Shown: positions 62,428 through 64,000 of the stretch, in pieces
Position numbering within the stretch: the first letter of the stretch is position 1
Layout: each line of letters opens with the position of its first letter
Assembly (NCBI GenBank): GCA_963768655.1
Contig: CAVYIM010000005.1
Location: 478,046-542,045 of the forward strand
DNA: 64,000 nt
From: an uncultured Chloroflexia bacterium
Lineage (GTDB): Bacteria > Chloroflexota > Limnocylindria > Limnocylindrales > CSP1-4
Direction: 5' to 3'
Made by a program: the position numbers and the translations under genes
Notes under the pieces: model-generated
Databases searched by the model: none
Seen by the model: only the letters and a program-made list of their open reading frames with translations
What the model was told of the DNA's origin: nothing

Positions 62428-62892
62428 CTAGCTGCCGAGCTGCACGAGCCGCCCGCGGATGCGTTGCATCGACATCCGTTCGGCGAAAGCAACGAAAACG
62501 GTATCGTCGCCGGCGATGCTGCCGACGACCTCCGGCCAGCGCGTTCGATCCAGCGCGGCCGCGATCGCGTGCGCGGAGCCGGGGAGCGTCCGCAGGACGA
62601 GCATCAGGCCCGCCTCGCGGATCTCTACCGGAAGGTCGTGCAGGAGCGCACGCAGCCGCTCCTCGCCGGTGCTCTCGGCCTCGGTGACGCGAGCAGGCAC
62701 GATGTACGACTGGACCCCGTCCTGGTTGGACTTGATGAGACCCAGCTCCGCAACATCCCGGCTGATCGTGGCCTGAGTGGCCCGGAAGCCGCGGTCGCGC
62801 AGGGCGGCCGCGAGTTCCTGCTGGGTGCGTATCGGCCGCTGACCCAGCAGGTCGCGGATCTCGCGCTGCCGAAGCCGCTTCATCACTTCCAT
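62428..62892 (-). CDS. argR: Arginine repressor
   Basis: IRTQQEL, ATQATISRD, RTLPGSAHAIA..LD, GSIAGDDT. Confidence 0.95.
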   Translation of the reverse strand: MEVMKRLRQREIRDLLGQRPIRTQQELAAALRDRGFRATQATISRDVAELGLIKSNQDGVQSYIVPARVTEAESTGEERLRALLHDLPVEIREAGLMLVLRTLPGSAHAIAAALDRTRWPEVVGSIAGDDTVFVAFAERMSMQRIRGRLVQLGS

Positions 62893-62940
62893 CGCACCGC
62901 CGCCCTCCCCGAGCCGTCCGCTAGCATCGTTCGACCGCTC

Positions 62941-63777
62941 TCATGCGCCGTGCGGTGAGAGCAGGATGACGAAGACCGCGATCGCGGCCAGGACCCGATA
63001 CACGACGAACAGGGTAACCGGCTGACGCCGCAGATATCCAAGCATGAAATGGATGGCGAGGATGCCCGAGGTGGCCGCCGCGACGAAGCCGATCACCACC
63101 AGGCGCGCCTCCGGGTTCACGCCCGCCTCGCCGGTCACGAGCTTGCGAGCCTCCCACAGCCCGGCACCGGCCACCACCGGTGTGGCCATGAGGAAGCTGA
63201 ACCGGGCCGCAGCCTCTCGGTTCAGGCCTTCGAAGAGCCCCGCGGCGATGCTGATGCCCGAGCGGCTGATGCCCGGAACGAGAGCCACGACCTGAGCGAT
63301 GCCGATTCCGAGCGCCCCTCCGAAGGTCATCTCCTCCATCTCGCGGACCTTGCTACCCCAGCGGTCGGCGAGCCACAGGATCGCCGCGCCGACGCAGAGC
63401 ATCACGGCCACCCGGGCGGGCTCGCGAACCCACGACTCGATGGTGTCGCTGAGCAGCGGTCCTACGAGCACGGCGGGGACTGTGGCCACGACGATGAGCC
63501 ACGCCATCTTGCGGTCCGGGTCGTCGCCGATGGAGCGGTCGCGGATGCTGGCCAGTCCGGCGGGGATGAGCGTCAGCCAGTCGCGCCAGAAGTAGAGGAC
63601 CAGGGCCAGCAGCGTGCCCATGTGGAGCATGACGTCGAACGCCAGCGAGTTGATGAAGGGATCGTTCCAGCCCATTGCCCATGGCACGAGGATCAGGTGG
63701 CCGGAGCTGGAGACGGGCAGGAACTCGGTCAGACCCTGTACGACGCCCAGAATCAACGCCTGGATGGACAGGTCCAC
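62941..63777 (-). CDS. uppP: Undecaprenyl-diphosphatase
   Basis: GVVQGLTEFLPVSSSGH, HMGT, PGISRSG, AARFSFL. Confidence 0.96.
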   Translation of the reverse strand: MDLSIQALILGVVQGLTEFLPVSSSGHLILVPWAMGWNDPFINSLAFDVMLHMGTLLALVLYFWRDWLTLIPAGLASIRDRSIGDDPDRKMAWLIVVATVPAVLVGPLLSDTIESWVREPARVAVMLCVGAAILWLADRWGSKVREMEEMTFGGALGIGIAQVVALVPGISRSGISIAAGLFEGLNREAAARFSFLMATPVVAGAGLWEARKLVTGEAGVNPEARLVVIGFVAAATSGILAIHFMLGYLRRQPVTLFVVYRVLAAIAVFVILLSPHGA

Positions 63778-63902
63778 GCGATGTCTCCTTCGGTGCGGGT
63801 GGATTGAGAGTCCCGTACAGCAGTATGGCCGCGGGGACGGACGCGGCGTCGAATGTGCGCGGGCCGGCGGTCGGCTGACTGCCGGCCCGCGAAACGTCTC
63901 GC

Positions 63903-64000
63903 CTAGCGGATGAAGAGCGGCGCCATCACCAGGGTGATGGTAGCCAGCAGCTTCACCAGAACGTGGAGAGAGGGACCGGCGGTGTCCTTGAAGGGATCGC
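63903..64000 (-). CDS. hppA: Membrane H+/Na+-translocating pyrophosphatase, C-terminal end (partial)
   Basis: [31 protein letters not shown]. Confidence 0.88.
   Translation of the reverse strand, partial: DPFKDTAGPSLHVLVKLLATITLVMAPLFIR

Overview
High-GC bacterial chromosome segment. The gene repertoire (T-box-controlled trp operon, class I LysRS, GlpP, membrane PPase) is consistent with Chloroflexota, but that assignment is inference. In order: (1) a shikimate operon (aroA', aroE, aroC, aroK-aroB fusion, aroQ, chorismate mutase), a PAS-GGDEF-EAL gene and a frameshifted repeat membrane protein; (2) a minus-strand trp operon (trpE, trpG, trpD, a 1006-aa TrpC-TrpF-TrpB triple fusion, trpA) under a Trp T-box; (3) a ferredoxin-NADP reductase, a ~2030-aa Ser/Thr kinase-ATPase-GAF-PAS-HK-REC hybrid and an RsiV-like protein; (4) two tandem islands integrated at tRNA-Ser(TGA). 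The older, decayed one is ~26.7-28.6 kb. The younger one (28.6-41.4 kb) carries a truncated tyrosine integrase, Hen1-Pnkp RNA repair, a replication-relaxation protein, an MNT-HEPN pair, an excisionase, IS630 and defence-like DUF genes; (5) a c-di-GMP-I riboswitch ahead of a secreted C39-like peptidase, and YbaK; (6) the most novel-looking locus, a glycerol cluster glpF-glpK-glpA in which GlpA is coupled to complex II-type SdhB/SdhC/SdhD instead of GlpB/GlpC. It is followed by two GlpP paralogues, an attenuator and a His-less pseudo-kinase paralogous to the divergent two-component sensor; (7) two MFS transporters, serS, class I lysS, greA, a 6S-RNA-like hairpin, argR, uppP and the end of hppA. 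No searches were run; all family calls come from motif recognition.
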